A DNA stretch of 62,245 nt, filler included, from Vannella sp. (lineage: Eukaryota): the NCBI GenBank assembly GCA_023345925.1. It is 6 parts of 6 records of this genome, joined end to end, with 100 filler letters (N's around TTAATTAATTAA, not from the genome) between each part and the next. Parts side by side here need not be neighbours in the genome. Positions count along the whole stretch, not along the records: positions 1 to 13,621 come from JAJQQN010000846.1; positions 13,722 to 24,110 come from JAJQQN010000020.1; positions 24,211 to 39,146 come from JAJQQN010001359.1; 3 more parts are not named here. One strand, given 5' to 3'. Within the stretch, counting starts at the first letter, position 1; the number at the start of each line of letters is the position of its first letter. Both the position numbers and the translations under genes were made by a program. The notes beneath the pieces are model-generated. The model was not told where the DNA came from, made no database searches, and was given only the letters and a program-made list of their open reading frames with translations. Of this stretch, positions 12,034 through 24,235 are shown in pieces.

Positions 12034-13486
12034 TTAGATGTGGTAGACCTCAGATAGATTAAACTTCCTGGTCTTAACATTTGGATGGCTTCGGGACGTT
12101 GTTGAACGCAAACTCCCGAAAGTCGGCGAGTTTTTGGAACGAGGATGTAGCAAGGTTGGCAATATTTCTAAGATTTTTGCTCGAGTACACTCATCTTGAA
12201 TGAGCTCGTAGGCAGGCAAAGCATAATCAAAGTAATAGCGACCAATGCACATGTATGCTTCTGCAGGAGTCGTCATCTCATTGAACAGGCAGATAGCGTC
12301 CACTTTGCTTGAAGATTTAGAGCGGGCCCTTAATTGTGACATCAAATCCTTCTGTGGGGGATCCATTTCAACATTGCAAACAATTTGTTGAATATCTTCC
12401 CGAATGAGGAGATGATTGGCTTGGATGAGTGAGTTGAGAGAGCCCAAATACTGTTCTTTGCTACCATCGAACTCCACATTATTCACAACGTTGTGGACGA
12501 TCTTGGTAATCAAGACAAGATTCTTCCTTTGAACCAAATTCACTTCTCCAGTGAAGACACCTTGCTTGTCAGGGAAGGTTACGCCAGGACAAAGGAATCT
12601 CAGGAACAAAAAGGAGCCAACAATCGTTGTGCCTGTACCAGGATAGTGACGGTTACAACATCTCCAAATCAGGCGCAAGATATCTCGGACTTGGTTGGGT
12701 AACAGGAACAGACTTTCCCTCACATTCGACAGGAATCCCTCAACGTGCGCTTTGACACGAGAAGTGCTCCTTTCCCGAGTCTCGGCATCCTCTTCTCTTT
12801 GGGGGTTCAGCTCTAAAACCTGAGACCTTCGCAGGATAGCCATAACTGTAGGGCGACACGCTTCCAGTAGGAATCTGTCTGCCCATCGATGAAGGAAACA
12901 TGTCACAAGGGCTGTAGCGGGGCTATCCAGACGTAGAACGGTTTGTTCGGAGAGGCCGTTGTCTTGCAGAGCGTCGGTTAACACGAACTCGAACAAGGAG
13001 AGCAATTGGTCGAACTCAAATGATACGATGATACTCCTACAGAGCGTCGTAGGGCACTCTCGCTCTCCTACTAGCTTCAGGATCGTCCTGAGGAGCAGAA
13101 AGTCGTTCTCCTGGCCCATCTGAAGCCAACTTGTAAGTCTTTGCTCTTCTTGCTAGCAAGTGGTTTCTTCATACCTCGTACAAGAGCTCTGTGGTAGGCC
13201 CGGATAGTGCAAAGCTGTCGCAGAGGGCAGACCTGTTGCCAGTTTGGGTCCTTCTGTGGACCTTCTCACGAGCAGGCCCATCCATATGAGATCCTCTCTC
13301 AGTAAGCAGAACTGTATCGTCCTCTTTGTCCACCGTTCGAAGACCTTCCGAGCGATGTCTCGCTTGACGTTCACGTTTTGAGGCTCTGGGAACGGAACTT
13401 AAGCTTCTCATTGCATTCTCAGCCGCTCTCTCTCCCAGAAGCCTCAGTCGCACGGATCCATTGGACTCTTGGTCAGGCGAGAGCAT
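12034..13486 (-). CDS. Ras GTPase-activating protein (RasGAP domain)
   Basis: Arginine-finger region TVLRLDSPAT, signature GSFLFLRFLCPGVTFP, and RKNLVLITKIVHNVVN. Intron of about 13120-13174. A further short last exon ending near 11939 is possible. Confidence 0.88.
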
Positions 13487-13621
13487 GGATGATCAGGGTT
13501 GAAACAATGCCAGTTGAGACCCAAAAATCAGAATAAAATTGAGTTTACACAAAAAAATGAGATTTCCTACTTTGATGGTTCAAACCGCCCAACCCAATCA
13601 ATATGTCAGGCGTTCAAGGAT

Positions 13622-13721
13622 NNNNNNNNNNNNNNNNNNNNNNNNNNNNNNNNNNNNNNNNNNNNTTAATTAATTAANNNNNNNNNNNNNNNNNNNNNNN
13701 NNNNNNNNNNNNNNNNNNNNN
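13622..13721. other. Artificial contig spacer
   Basis: 44 N + TTAATTAATTAA (stops in all six frames) + 44 N. Confidence 0.98.
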
Positions 13722-13722
13722 A

Positions 13723-13806
13723 TCCTTCCACCCGGACTCGAACCAGGAACCTATTGATAACTACTCGCGCTACAGTCAACCGCTCTACCAATTGAGCTAT
13801 AGAAGG
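13723..13806 (-). tRNA. tRNA-Tyr: tRNA-Tyr (GTA) with an 11-nt intron at the canonical 37/38 position
   Basis: Minus strand reads CCTTCTA TA GCTC AATTGGTA GAGC G GTTGA CT GTA G [CGCGAGTAGTT] A TCAAT AGGTT CCTGG TTCGAGT CCGGG TGGAAGG A. All four stems pair, with a C1-G72 pair and A73. Intron at 13759-13769. Confidence 0.97.
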
Positions 13807-14001
13807 GCCAAGAAAAATGAGTGTCCAGCATTACATCAAACACAGTTGAAAATTGCTGTTCTCCTGTTTGTATTTGTCTCCTTGTTGGCCAACATCTCCC
13901 TTCCTGGTCACGTTCTTGTTCTCAACCAAGTTGCTTTTGAGTCAGGAACATTTGGACGGTCAAAAGGGCTCAGCTTCTTTTCCAATGTCTTCTTTATGTT
14001 A

Positions 14002-17000
14002 TCAGGCTTGCTCGGAGAAGAACTCAGAGTTTGAAGACATTTCTGTGCTCGTTAATGAATTCAAAACTCGCTGGAGAAGTGGCTGTGCAGCAGGGAACAG
14101 ATGCTTCAAGATATCTTCTTGAAGCGCTTCGAGAGTGTAGAGCGAGTCGAGGATCTGATCAGAACTTTCAAAAAAGCCTTGATATGACTTATACTGAGTT
14201 TGTGATCGCATTCCCTGGAACTTTGAAGTCAGCTCATAAAGGGCTCGATCTCCCCCTGCACCCCCGCCGGTTCGTTTCCGGATAATACGGAAGAAGTAGA
14301 TTTCTACTGCTTTCGCTGCTAGAATGATGGGAGCATCGTGTTTGCTGTTAGAGAAGAGAGTCTTAAAATAATTCAGGAACTTCCAAGCGTCTTGCTGGCA
14401 CTGCACGGGATCAAATCTAGGACTGGCAACAAGTTCCAAGACAAAGAACCACAGAGGGAGGACATCAAAGCTGCGATACTCACTTGGTTGGAAATCAGAA
14501 GCAAAAGTGAAAAGTGATGAAGGCCATTGCACGTGCAGGCTGTGGGCTTCAACTTCCGCGCGCCAATGATCTAATATCATGAGGAGAGAAAGTGGCTTAT
14601 CGGATTGTTGTGCAGCTGATAGAAGCTCTTCTCGATCACTGTGAGGTATACGAATGGCAAGGCTTGCCTCGCGCAAAGGATTAAAAGTCTCTGCAGAAGA
14701 GAAGAAGGTCCGTAGAGTATTCTCTGTTATTTCCAACCAAAGGTCAGGTCGCATACCGAGTTTGGTACTTCCAAAGTCATTCACTGGAAGAACTTTCAGA
14801 ATGTGAAGTGCAAGAACTGGACTGCAGGCTCCACAGAACTGAATGACGAGACCTCTGACTCGTTTGTGGAACTCTTCGAAGGCTGAATCCTCTGCTCCAT
14901 CAGGATATGACAGAGCGTTCTTAAATGGCAAAGAAATTGTTTCAACGCGGGTCCAGTTCCTTGAAAGAGCACATGATATGACATGTAGTGCCATCTCGGC
15001 AGAGGCTTGGGGGTCATCTAAGTGTTGGCGGGCCAAGGGAATAAGAGTGCTCCCAAGTAGTTGCACTTGAGATTGCAAAGGAATGTACCAATACGTATCG
15101 GGCGCTGTGTTAATGGCAAAAAGCAAAAGAGAAGAGACTTCTCGAACACATCCGAGGATAGCTAATGGACTTCCTATCTTCAGTGCAATCAACTGAATGG
15201 TTGCACAGTTCTTCAGTAGCTGCTCTGATGGCTCAGTAGAGACAATCCCGCCTTTGATTGGTGCAAGAAGGACATCACCCTCAAATACTTTCGCAAATGC
15301 AGCTGCTTCCACCTTGCTCCAGTCAATACTGCCTTCCCTCTCAGAGGGCTCCAGAATCGTGCGAAGCTCGTCTGATACTGAAGAAGGATCAATCAACGAG
15401 ATTGTGAGAATAAGCTTCAGTAGCGCCAGACAAAGAGGTGTTACCAATTGAGGTTGGTTAGATCTGGATAGCCTATAGATAAAGGTTGTCCAATCAAGCT
15501 GCTTAGCAACACCGCAGATGAAGCGAGCGGCGTAGTGAAGGTTTTGGTCAAGGACGGAAAGTGAATTGAGATCGTACAACAAGAATCTTGCTTCTCCCCA
15601 AGGAAGGACCTCTGCAATACGTTGCAAAAGCTCCTGGGTATGGGGGAAAGCATTGTACTTGAGTCGGCTTCCAAAAGAAGGCAAAAGGCTATTAGTGAAT
15701 AGGTACCAGAGCTTGTCAATCATACTCGAAGGACACACATTCACTATGCCCAACAAAATGGTAAGAATTCGGGCCAGCTGCCGATCAGAGACATTAGATT
15801 CCTCATGGAAGAGTCCGCGATTGCTGAAGAACTCGTAAACGATGTTCCATAACCTACTCTCTACTGGTTTACCATCTGCAGTGTAGGCGGTCGGATTCTC
15901 CGCTTTAAATTCTTGTCTGAAAGTAGGAGAGTTTGCTGTCAGCATCTCCAGAAGTGTTGTTCCCACGTCGATGTGTTGTTCAGGCAAAGGAAGGCGCTGA
16001 TGAAGCGCTTGTAGAACTGAGATAATAGCGGGGATACTTGTTGTATCCAGACTCAGGCTTTCCACAAATTGCGATGCAAAAGCAGACGGTACAGAAGAGG
16101 AGAACAAGAGAGCAAGCGCTTGCGTTTGGTATCCTTTCTTCACAAGGAATGCCACATAAGATGAACCGATAGAAGCAAAGCTTGGCTTACTCAATAAGCC
16201 TGGAATCATCTCAAAGAGTCTCTTGATAAGATCCTCACTTGTCAGAGAATCAATCGCAGAGAGGAACGCTTCGGTATCAAAGGACTTGCTGAGCTCCTTC
16301 AATTCCCCCTGAGACTTTCCCTCCCGACTAGAAACAGCCTCTAAAAGCTCCAGATATTGGTAGACATTATCATGAGCCACGAAGCACTGGGGAGTGAAGA
16401 GCTTATAGAGATCTGCAGGAATTCTCTGTTGCACCGTAACTTCTTTGGTGTCTTCTCCTCCAACAAAAGCGTTGGCAGAGCGTGAAGCTGCTGACAATGC
16501 ACTGACGCTGCGAGTCCTTTTTGGGACTACCACATCTGATGGAGTCCCAAGTAGGAGTGTGAGAAGCTCCATTTGGAATTCTGGCTGGTTCTGAATGCAG
16601 ACTTTGCCCACATGAAGAAGGGCTTCAATGACTTGGGAGGCAATGGGAGAGCCACTAGGAAGGAGGTTCTTCAGAATGACCTTCCTAGCAACGCTAAAGA
16701 AGATGGCTGCTCCACATGCAGGTGCCATTGTGCCTCCTGACTGACAGACGATCTCAAGGGACTGCCGAAGGAGCGTTGTACTCTGAGAGAGCGCTCTTGA
16801 AATGTCGAAGAGAGTGGAGTAAGCCTTTCCATATTCAGTTCTGTTACCTTGTATGTCAGTGATGGCATTTGGATACGCTGGCCCGATGGTTACGGTGGTA
16901 GACTCGATTACAGCCGGCCGGATGCATGTTTTGTTATTCTCACAAGGCACGCGCACCTGGAATGGCTTTTGATAGTTGTAATACGTTTGCTTTACGAGTT

Positions 17001-20000
17001 CCAAGAAGGTCTGGTCTAATCGTCCCAGATCCTGCGCAGTACACCGATACGATTCAAGGAGAATGAGCAAGTGAGAGACTAATGGGATCTCTACTTCCTG
17101 GCATCCTCTAGTAACCTGGTCGTTGAGATCGCAGAAGAATTGAACCGCGTTTTCAACGCCCTGCTCGAGCGTGGTGTATTGACCCATAGTGCTAGTGAGG
17201 GATTGAGTTGGCGCTGGAAGTTGATTGTAAAGCTGAGATTGCACCTCGTCCTTTGTACTCTCCGATGCCAAACTGCAGAAGGGCTCGGGAGCAAAAGGGA
17301 GATGTGCAACTGGGAGGAGAGATAAGCTCGAGTCAGAGTATGAGAAGACAGGAGGAAGTACTTGATAGATTGCTTGCACCAAATCAATGTTCTGTTCTGC
17401 GTGGAACTCTCCCGTCGCACTATCTACAATGGCTTTCTTCCACGTAGAGAAGGCGTAGTAAAGGCGATAGATATCTGAATTGTGTGGTTCAAAGTACTTG
17501 GCTGTTGAAATGAAGTGCCTCCCAAGAGTCTCCTGAGTAGCAGAAGCTACAATGTCGTGGTTTCCGTTCGGGTTGGCATTAAAATAGATCATAAAGTAAT
17601 GCAGCCAGAGAGCAATTGCAGCAGAACTGTTTCCTTGACTAAGTGCAAGCTCCTGCAGGATGACAAGGGCACAGTTTTTGTCTCTTCCGCCAGATGGAAG
17701 CGCTGGCTGGAAGGAATACAAAGCTAAGAGAGCCAGCCAGGGATAGCCATCACTTGCAAAGTTGACGATGTCATTGCGATTGTAGTTTCTGGTGCGGAAA
17801 GTGATCACTGCTGGCTCAAGAGGGTACCCAGAGCAATAAGCAAAAGCCAAAAGGTGGTCCAACATTGCAGACTTTGTCTTATCTTGGCGGTTATTGGGCA
17901 TTGTTGCCAACAACCAAAAGCGGAGCCTCCTCTCATTGTCCTCTTTAGTGTTGGCAGGGTCTTTGTTGGCTATTTTGAGAGAGCGAATCAATGAGTTAAC
18001 CAACAACGTTTGAGAGTTCGCTATCTGTTGGATAAGCTCTGATACAAATGGCGCTGCTGCGCTTGCACAATCACGCAGAATGTCCATTTGGACAAACAAA
18101 CTGGCGGTCAGGACAGGATTTCCTGTTTGAGCGACAAGCGACAAGGCAGTATGATAGAACCCGTATTGGACCAACCAATTATGTCCGAGCTCCGAATCAG
18201 AGTTTCCAGTGTTGCGAATCTGCTCTGCTGCAATGTTCAGGGAGAGAAGGAGTTTCAGCAACGCCACCTCTTCAAAGCAATGGCCATTATTGTTGGGAGT
18301 TTGCAAAAGGGTTTGAACAAGAATATCATCGAGAGGAGGAGCAAGAAGAGCCTTTCCTATTCCGCCAGCCAGCTGATTAACTCCCCATCCGGCTGGAACA
18401 AACGATTTGGCGCCAACTAGAATGACAGCAAAGTACAATCGAACAGAAGGAGAGACCACTTTCCAATTAATTGATTGGAAAAGATGCTGCCCGACTCGGA
18501 ATCCCCGCTCTACCAACTCTGGTCCGCAAAGTGGTGGTCCAGGAGGACTTGTAGCCATTCGGACAGCGTATTCGAGGACTTCTTGATTAATCTCAACAGG
18601 CTGGTTGATCGGAAAGCGCCATTGTGCAAAGATCATGGCTACCCAGTTAGCCGTGTAGAGATCCACAGAGCTCCAATTCGTAAAAAGAGTCGGTTGCATC
18701 CATTCGAGCAGGTGATTGACATTGGAATTGTGGAGATTTTGCCCCACACAGAAGATGACGGTGGCCATTAGAGTAGGATGGCGTTCAACTAGTAGCTGGA
18801 GGCAAAAGCGAGCTTCTACTTGGAATCGATTCAGAAGCAAGAGCTCCAGATCAGAGGTAGCACACTCTACGACTTGGAGAGAGAAGGCACAGTAGAAGAG
18901 TTCCCGAACAATCATGCGCTGGAACTGGCTGCCAGACGAGGCTAGACCAGCCAGTTGGTAAAACAGAGGAAGAACGGGTTGATACTGTGCGATCTGACTG
19001 GAATCGTCCATCACCTCAATCGGCAAAGGGAACTTAACCAAATACTGCACAAAAGAGATGCGATGAGCGTTTCTTTCTGCCTCTGAGAGAGCAGCAAAGT
19101 CCAAAGGGGGAATATTGTGGAGATTGTAAAGGTGCCCAAAGAGGGTAATCAAATACTCCTTCGGTAGGCTAAAGAGAGGAGCCTTTTGAAGGAGCTTCGA
19201 GCATACCATTTTCATTGGCCATTTGCCAGCGGTGATAGCCGAAATGCAATCAAAAGCAACTTCCTCGTACGCATACGAACAGGCAATGAGCATCCCACCA
19301 AGGAACAGGAGAACCTCGAGAAAGCTGTTCTCTGCCGCAAAGTCAATAGCCTGGCGAATGGGAACAAGTAGCTCCTTCTTCATCGCTGCAACAGTCGAAA
19401 AAGAGTTCAATTGGTCGCTGGGAAACTGGGCAAAGAGACCTTTCAGGTCGCAGGCGCTGGTATCAGGCTGGTGAGTCAATTCTGTGACTGCGATTTGGAG
19501 TAAATGGCATCTTTCCACTTGGGCAACAGAGAATTGCAACAAAGCTTGACCCCATGACAAGCCACCTTTCACACTGGAGAGCTTCTCCACAAAGAAACAA
19601 ACAATTTCGTCACTCAGCTGCTCGCTGTCTATCTCACTGGCTGGGGAAGGGGAGAGACCTTGCTGCTGAGGCAAGTCGGACTCACTCAAGAGGTCAAAGA
19701 GAGCTGGTTGAATTGGTGCTTCAGCCGCTGGAGCATCATGCTTCACAGGTTGGGAGACCACGTACGAGCCGAGGAGAAGGCAAAGTGCCTGTAAGAGCTC
19801 TTGGGTGTGAGGAGAGAACTCACTCGCTGACTGAAGCAACCTGAAAAGTCCCTCCAGCCGGGGCCGAATAAGGGAGAAGGCAGAGCCCCTGCTCTATCAT
19901 CCTTATGAGTGACCCTCCAGTACCAAGGGGTCTACTCACCATGGACGAAATGCGGGGGATCTCGTCGTGGATGAGCCGAGAGAGTTGGAGCTCGCCCACT

Positions 20001-20513
20001 GTCTGCTCGTAAAGAGACATGAAGACCTCGTTGACGTTGTAGTCATGGAGCTCTTCAAAGTCGCTCTTAAGTCTCTCATACGAGGACTGGTTGAACGTGG
20101 CGATGGGGAAGGAATAAGAGTAAGAAGCCACCGCGTTGCAGCCACAGAACCCTTCCAGTGTCACACGCTTCTGTGGAAAGGTCCACAATGAAGTATGACC
20201 TTGCTGTGTCCGATTGTCCATCCCTCGCTTCTGCTCAAGCGCATTCCGGTGCAGTTTCGCACTGAACAGAAGCCGCTCTGAGACCTGCTCGAAGCTATCC
20301 GTCTGCGGCTCAAACGTACTCACAACCCGAGTCTAATCAAGTCAGCTTCTCTCACCAAACACAAACGCAAGACAAACCCACCTTTGGCACGGACAACGAA
20401 CTGGGAGGAGCCGAGATCCCCAAAAAGTCGTCCACCGGTGTCACCGGGACTTCAGAGGTTGGTCCCAACTGTAGCAAGTCCAGAGGCTCACAGAGCCCAG
20501 AGACCAACGACAT
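14002..20513 (-). CDS. EPG5: EPG5 autophagosome-lysosome tethering factor homolog (about 2100 aa, 3 exons)
   Basis: N-terminal SLWTFPQKRVTLEGFCGC...ATFNQSSYERLK...LYEQTVGELQL and internal LDQTFLELVKQTYYN...VPCENNKTCIRPAVI match my recollection of two conserved EPG5 blocks. Intron 19894-19939 joins ORF 19820..20323 to ORF 14002..19839 in frame. The first exon (ATG 20513) is tentative. Confidence 0.8.
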
Positions 20514-20570
20514 GCCAAGGCAGAAGGGGAACAGCAAATGAGCAAAACCTCCTCGGCTGTCAGCCTGTTT

Positions 20571-20582
20571 GGCCAATCAGAG
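20571..20582 (+). promoter_or_regulatory. CCAAT box in the 126-bp divergent promoter between EPG5 and the sulfotransferase-like gene
   Basis: GGCCAATCAGAG, an NF-Y-like consensus. The same 12-mer occurs reverse-complemented at 38243-38254 upstream of the TROVE gene. Confidence 0.55.
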
Positions 20583-20639
20583 AGCGCACCTACTGGAATC
20601 TTTTATCTAATTTTCACATTTATTTGATATTGGGTGGGA

Positions 20640-21713
20640 ATGGATGGCAGGAGGAGGGCGGTGATCATCGTGTTTGTGCTTGCGGGCCTTCTGCTGGTGA
20701 CTTACGGTGTCTATCTCTACCAGAACTATGATACGAGAGGTTATGATCACCTAGCTCATCTAACGGAGCAGGATCTGAAGAGATTGAAGGGATGCGCACC
20801 CGAGGAAACGGACGTTCTCCATCAAACCATGTCAGGTTACGGTCTTACTTGCGCAAGGATGAACCCCAGGAAGCACTCTATCACTCTACTCTCCTCGTTC
20901 TCTCCCAATGACATCAGCTTCGTGCGCAATCTGTACGAAGCGACCGCCCAGTTGAATGTCTATTCCCCGTACTACGAAACGGATGACCAACACGTCCAAG
21001 CGTGTACATTCCAGACAGGACCATGGGAACTCTTCTGCCGAGGCTCTCCAGAGTGTCACTACCAGAACCCACCGCCCTGGGAAGTACCATACTTGGTCAA
21101 GACACTCCATCCCACCCGGCACCGCGAATGCGGCAAGTTCGGTTATCCTTTGCCCACTCACGATGCCGTCATCAGCATCGTTAGGAACCCCATTGATGCT
21201 CTCCACGGCTGGCAAGAGAATAGCGGGTCTACGAACGTATCGGAAGTCCTTGTGGGGTACCGAGAATGGCACGCCTTTTGGAAGTTCTACGAAGGCCAGT
21301 ACCCGCGGATTCCTATGACCTGGATTCGCGCGGAAGACCTTTGCCTTTGTCCTAGACAAGGAATTTTGACTGTGTTGAGAGCAAATGGGTTCGATAACAT
21401 CGACGAGACTGCTTTGGAGACCGCTTTGAAGTCGTTTCCTTGCGACCTTGTGGGAGGGATTGGCTCTGGTCTTGCTAGTCTCACTCCAGAAGACTTCCAT
21501 ACGATACAAAGTGAGCTGGCGGAGTATGTGGAGCACTTTGGGTACTCTTTGTTGATGCAAGAGATGGCCAATCAAACGGCCTCCGAGCGGACTACGGAGC
21601 AAGTCTCGTCGCTTTTGGCTGCTCTTTACTCGGAAGACTTCCAAGCGCCTGACGAGCAAGAATGTTCCCTTTTGCTCTTTCGGAGATGGAGTTGGAGCAT
21701 TCCATTGGGCTAA
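20640..21713 (+). CDS. Type II membrane sulfotransferase-fold protein
   Basis: N-terminal signal anchor, then LLSSFSPNDISFVRNLYE (5'-PSB position), LVKTLHP, ISIVRNPIDALHG (3'-PB), WIRAEDL and a C-terminal FGY. Intronless. Confidence 0.7.
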   Translation: MDGRRRAVIIVFVLAGLLLVTYGVYLYQNYDTRGYDHLAHLTEQDLKRLKGCAPEETDVLHQTMSGYGLTCARMNPRKHSITLLSSFSPNDISFVRNLYEATAQLNVYSPYYETDDQHVQACTFQTGPWELFCRGSPECHYQNPPPWEVPYLVKTLHPTRHRECGKFGYPLPTHDAVISIVRNPIDALHGWQENSGSTNVSEVLVGYREWHAFWKFYEGQYPRIPMTWIRAEDLCLCPRQGILTVLRANGFDNIDETALETALKSFPCDLVGGIGSGLASLTPEDFHTIQSELAEYVEHFGYSLLMQEMANQTASERTTEQVSSLLAALYSEDFQAPDEQECSLLLFRRWSWSIPLG

Positions 21714-21808
21714 GCTCAATAACACTCTTTCCTCATCATTCTTCATGTTCACACGTGCTCGTTCAATCATGTAGATCCAAAGGATGTATTATGGACACGC
21801 AACGTTAG

Positions 21809-24033
21809 TTATTTGACATAGGGGTGAGGATAGCGGGTCCCTTGTTCAGTGCAAACTTGGCGATGGTTCATCCAATGCTTTCTTTGACAGGACTCACTTA
21901 AGAAGAAAGTTAGAGCAAAGTTAGAGGGAGAAGAAGACCTATTTACCTGCAGTACACCACACTCTTACATCGGCTGCATTGCAGAGGCTTTAAGAGAATA
22001 CGTTGGCATTGCCAGCAACGGTACAGATGCATTCCGACATATCCGTACACGCGCCCCGCTGCCCAGACCACAACCGCATTCTGATTAGTTTTTGGATCCT
22101 TTTGGCTGCGCTTTTTCCATTTGTTATAAACCAGCTCCAGCTGGTTGCTGTCACTATCAGGATCTGCCAAAAGTGAGTAACGGGAATCAATCTTTTCAGG
22201 AGGATGGGCTTCCGTACCATCCTTGAGATCACGGATTCGGTAGCCAAGCCTGCCAGCAAAGGATTTCATCGGTTCGTAGCTCTTAGAGGTGGTATCGGCA
22301 AAGTCTGACCATTCGATCTGGCAAGGACCTTGAGCAGACTGCGAACGAGGCGAACTGACCACAACCAATCGTAGCTGTCCCGTTGGCGTGACCCAAAACC
22401 GAAAAGCGCTGTACAACTGATAAAAATTGGTGACATCTTGAGAAAAGTTGCGGAGTTCACCATTGGCTAGAAAATGAGAGACGTAGGAATGATCTACAAG
22501 CTCCATAAGTCCCTGTCCACGTACAATCACACTTATAGAAGGGATGCTCCCCAGCATAAGGGGGCTTGTCCACTTCATCGCAAGAATGTCCGAGGGAGTG
22601 GCAGACTCATCTGCAACTTTGAACCAATGGGTGGTTTGGTTTGCCAGGGAAGGAGTGGGGAATACGTTGGCCTTTCCCCATTCAGTTAGCCTCTCCAAGC
22701 TAACCTGAGGGAGAGTCACTGTGCCGTTTGGATTGGTCTCCATGTCAGTGTCAACAAATGGCTCTGGAAGCAGGATCATTTGGACGCCAATCCCATTCAA
22801 TCCGGTCCTCCCATAGCCAATGCGCTGAATGAGAAGGCAAATGAGGTTGTTTCTCTGAAAGTGAGCTTGGAGGATGAAGGTTTTCGGTGTTGTGTCCTCC
22901 TCCAACCAGGGTTGATCGTACACATTGCCAATCAAACGTGGGGAACAGTGGAAGACAAAGTCGTTGTCATAACACGCCACACTCCAAAGGCAATAGTCGC
23001 CCATGCCACTGTCATTCCACGTGATAAAGTGGAAGCCACAGTCTTCCTCCTCCTCATCTTCTTCGTACTCCTCCTCGTCATCGTCAGGATCCCGACTGTA
23101 GCCATTGGACTCAATCTGAGTGATCTCCAGAGGGTCACCAAACACATTCACCGTCGGGCCAAACACGCATACAGGTCCGGCGACCCGAGGCTCGAAACTG
23201 ATCGTCTTGCCGCACTTACCAGCTCCATGGAAGGGGATGTGAGGGTTCCTCTCTGAGGGACCAACAGAGCCCTTCTTGCAATCATCACGAAGAATGGGGA
23301 GCCGCAGGAGAACAACCACGGTGGGGTTGTGCCGAGGTACAACCAAGATGCCGTGAGAGTCTGGCGTGAAGCACGCATCCACCACAGAAGCGGCGAAGTC
23401 GAAGAAGATCTCCTTCAGCTCCTCGTTCTGCATGATCTGGTAGCTACAGAAGTTACCGCCAGGCGAGAAGGTCAGCCACAACGCTTGGCATGAGGAGAGA
23501 GAAGCGAATCGTACACCGCAACGCAGTTTTGAGAGCGCAATTGAATCCCATAGAGAAGGAGGAGTTGCCTGTTAGGGCTGAGCAACACCTTACGAGGGGG
23601 AATCAGTCCTGACTCGCTCTTGATGAAGTTGAAACGGTGAATGGTGCGCAACTCCGCGTCATCAAGGACCACATCATAGACAGAGAAGTTGATCGAATCA
23701 GAGGCATCTAAAGAACCCCACCGACTGCCGTTAGCCCTGGCCAGTGAATGGGGGCCCTCCATCAACCCTTCTTCGAGGGACGTGATGTTCTCTGGCAGGG
23801 GAAAGTGACCAACCTGAACGACTCGAGAAGGAAGAGCTATCACCGATCTCAGTAGCCTGAGGATTGCCACGGGGATCATAAGGAGCAGAATAGGAGGAGA
23901 CGGGGTACGTGCAAGCCTCCCCATTACCGTAGACGAGGAAGATAAAGTCCTCCTGAAAGGTCGCCCGAGCAGGCAGGTACTCCATAAGCAAGGCTCGGCC
24001 CCTAGGCTTCGGCATATCCTGTTGAAAGCTCAT
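21809..24033 (-). CDS. Beta-rich (propeller-like) protein with a C-terminal MYND zinc finger (about 4 exons)
   Basis: CWQCQRILLKPLQCSRCKSVVYC, then an intron, then ESCQRKHWMNHRQVC gives a complete zf-MYND. Upstream WD-like motifs include VLLSPNRQLLLLY and VVDACFTPDSHGILVV. Plausible introns join ORFs 23731..24033, 23472..23924 and 21943..23481. Confidence 0.75.
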
Positions 24034-24110
24034 GCGGAAGAAAGAGTAACCGCGCAGGAAGCTCCCAAATCGCTCCTTTTCCGTCTTTCACCTGATTTAT
24101 TCCTCTTCAA

Positions 24111-24210
24111 NNNNNNNNNNNNNNNNNNNNNNNNNNNNNNNNNNNNNNNNNNNNTTAATTAATTAANNNNNNNNNNNNNNNNNNNNNNNNNNNNNNNNNN
24201 NNNNNNNNNN
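24111..24210. other. Artificial contig spacer
   Basis: 44 N + TTAATTAATTAA + 44 N. Confidence 0.98.
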
Positions 24211-24235
24211 AGTCATTTGGTGTCAGCCAGTGGCA

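Noticed and set aside
20886..21770. 294-aa antisense ORF over the sulfotransferase-like gene, and similar shadow ORFs such as 43290..44066 and 38332..38913
   Set aside because: They are antisense to well-supported genes and carry no motifs, as expected at about 50% GC.
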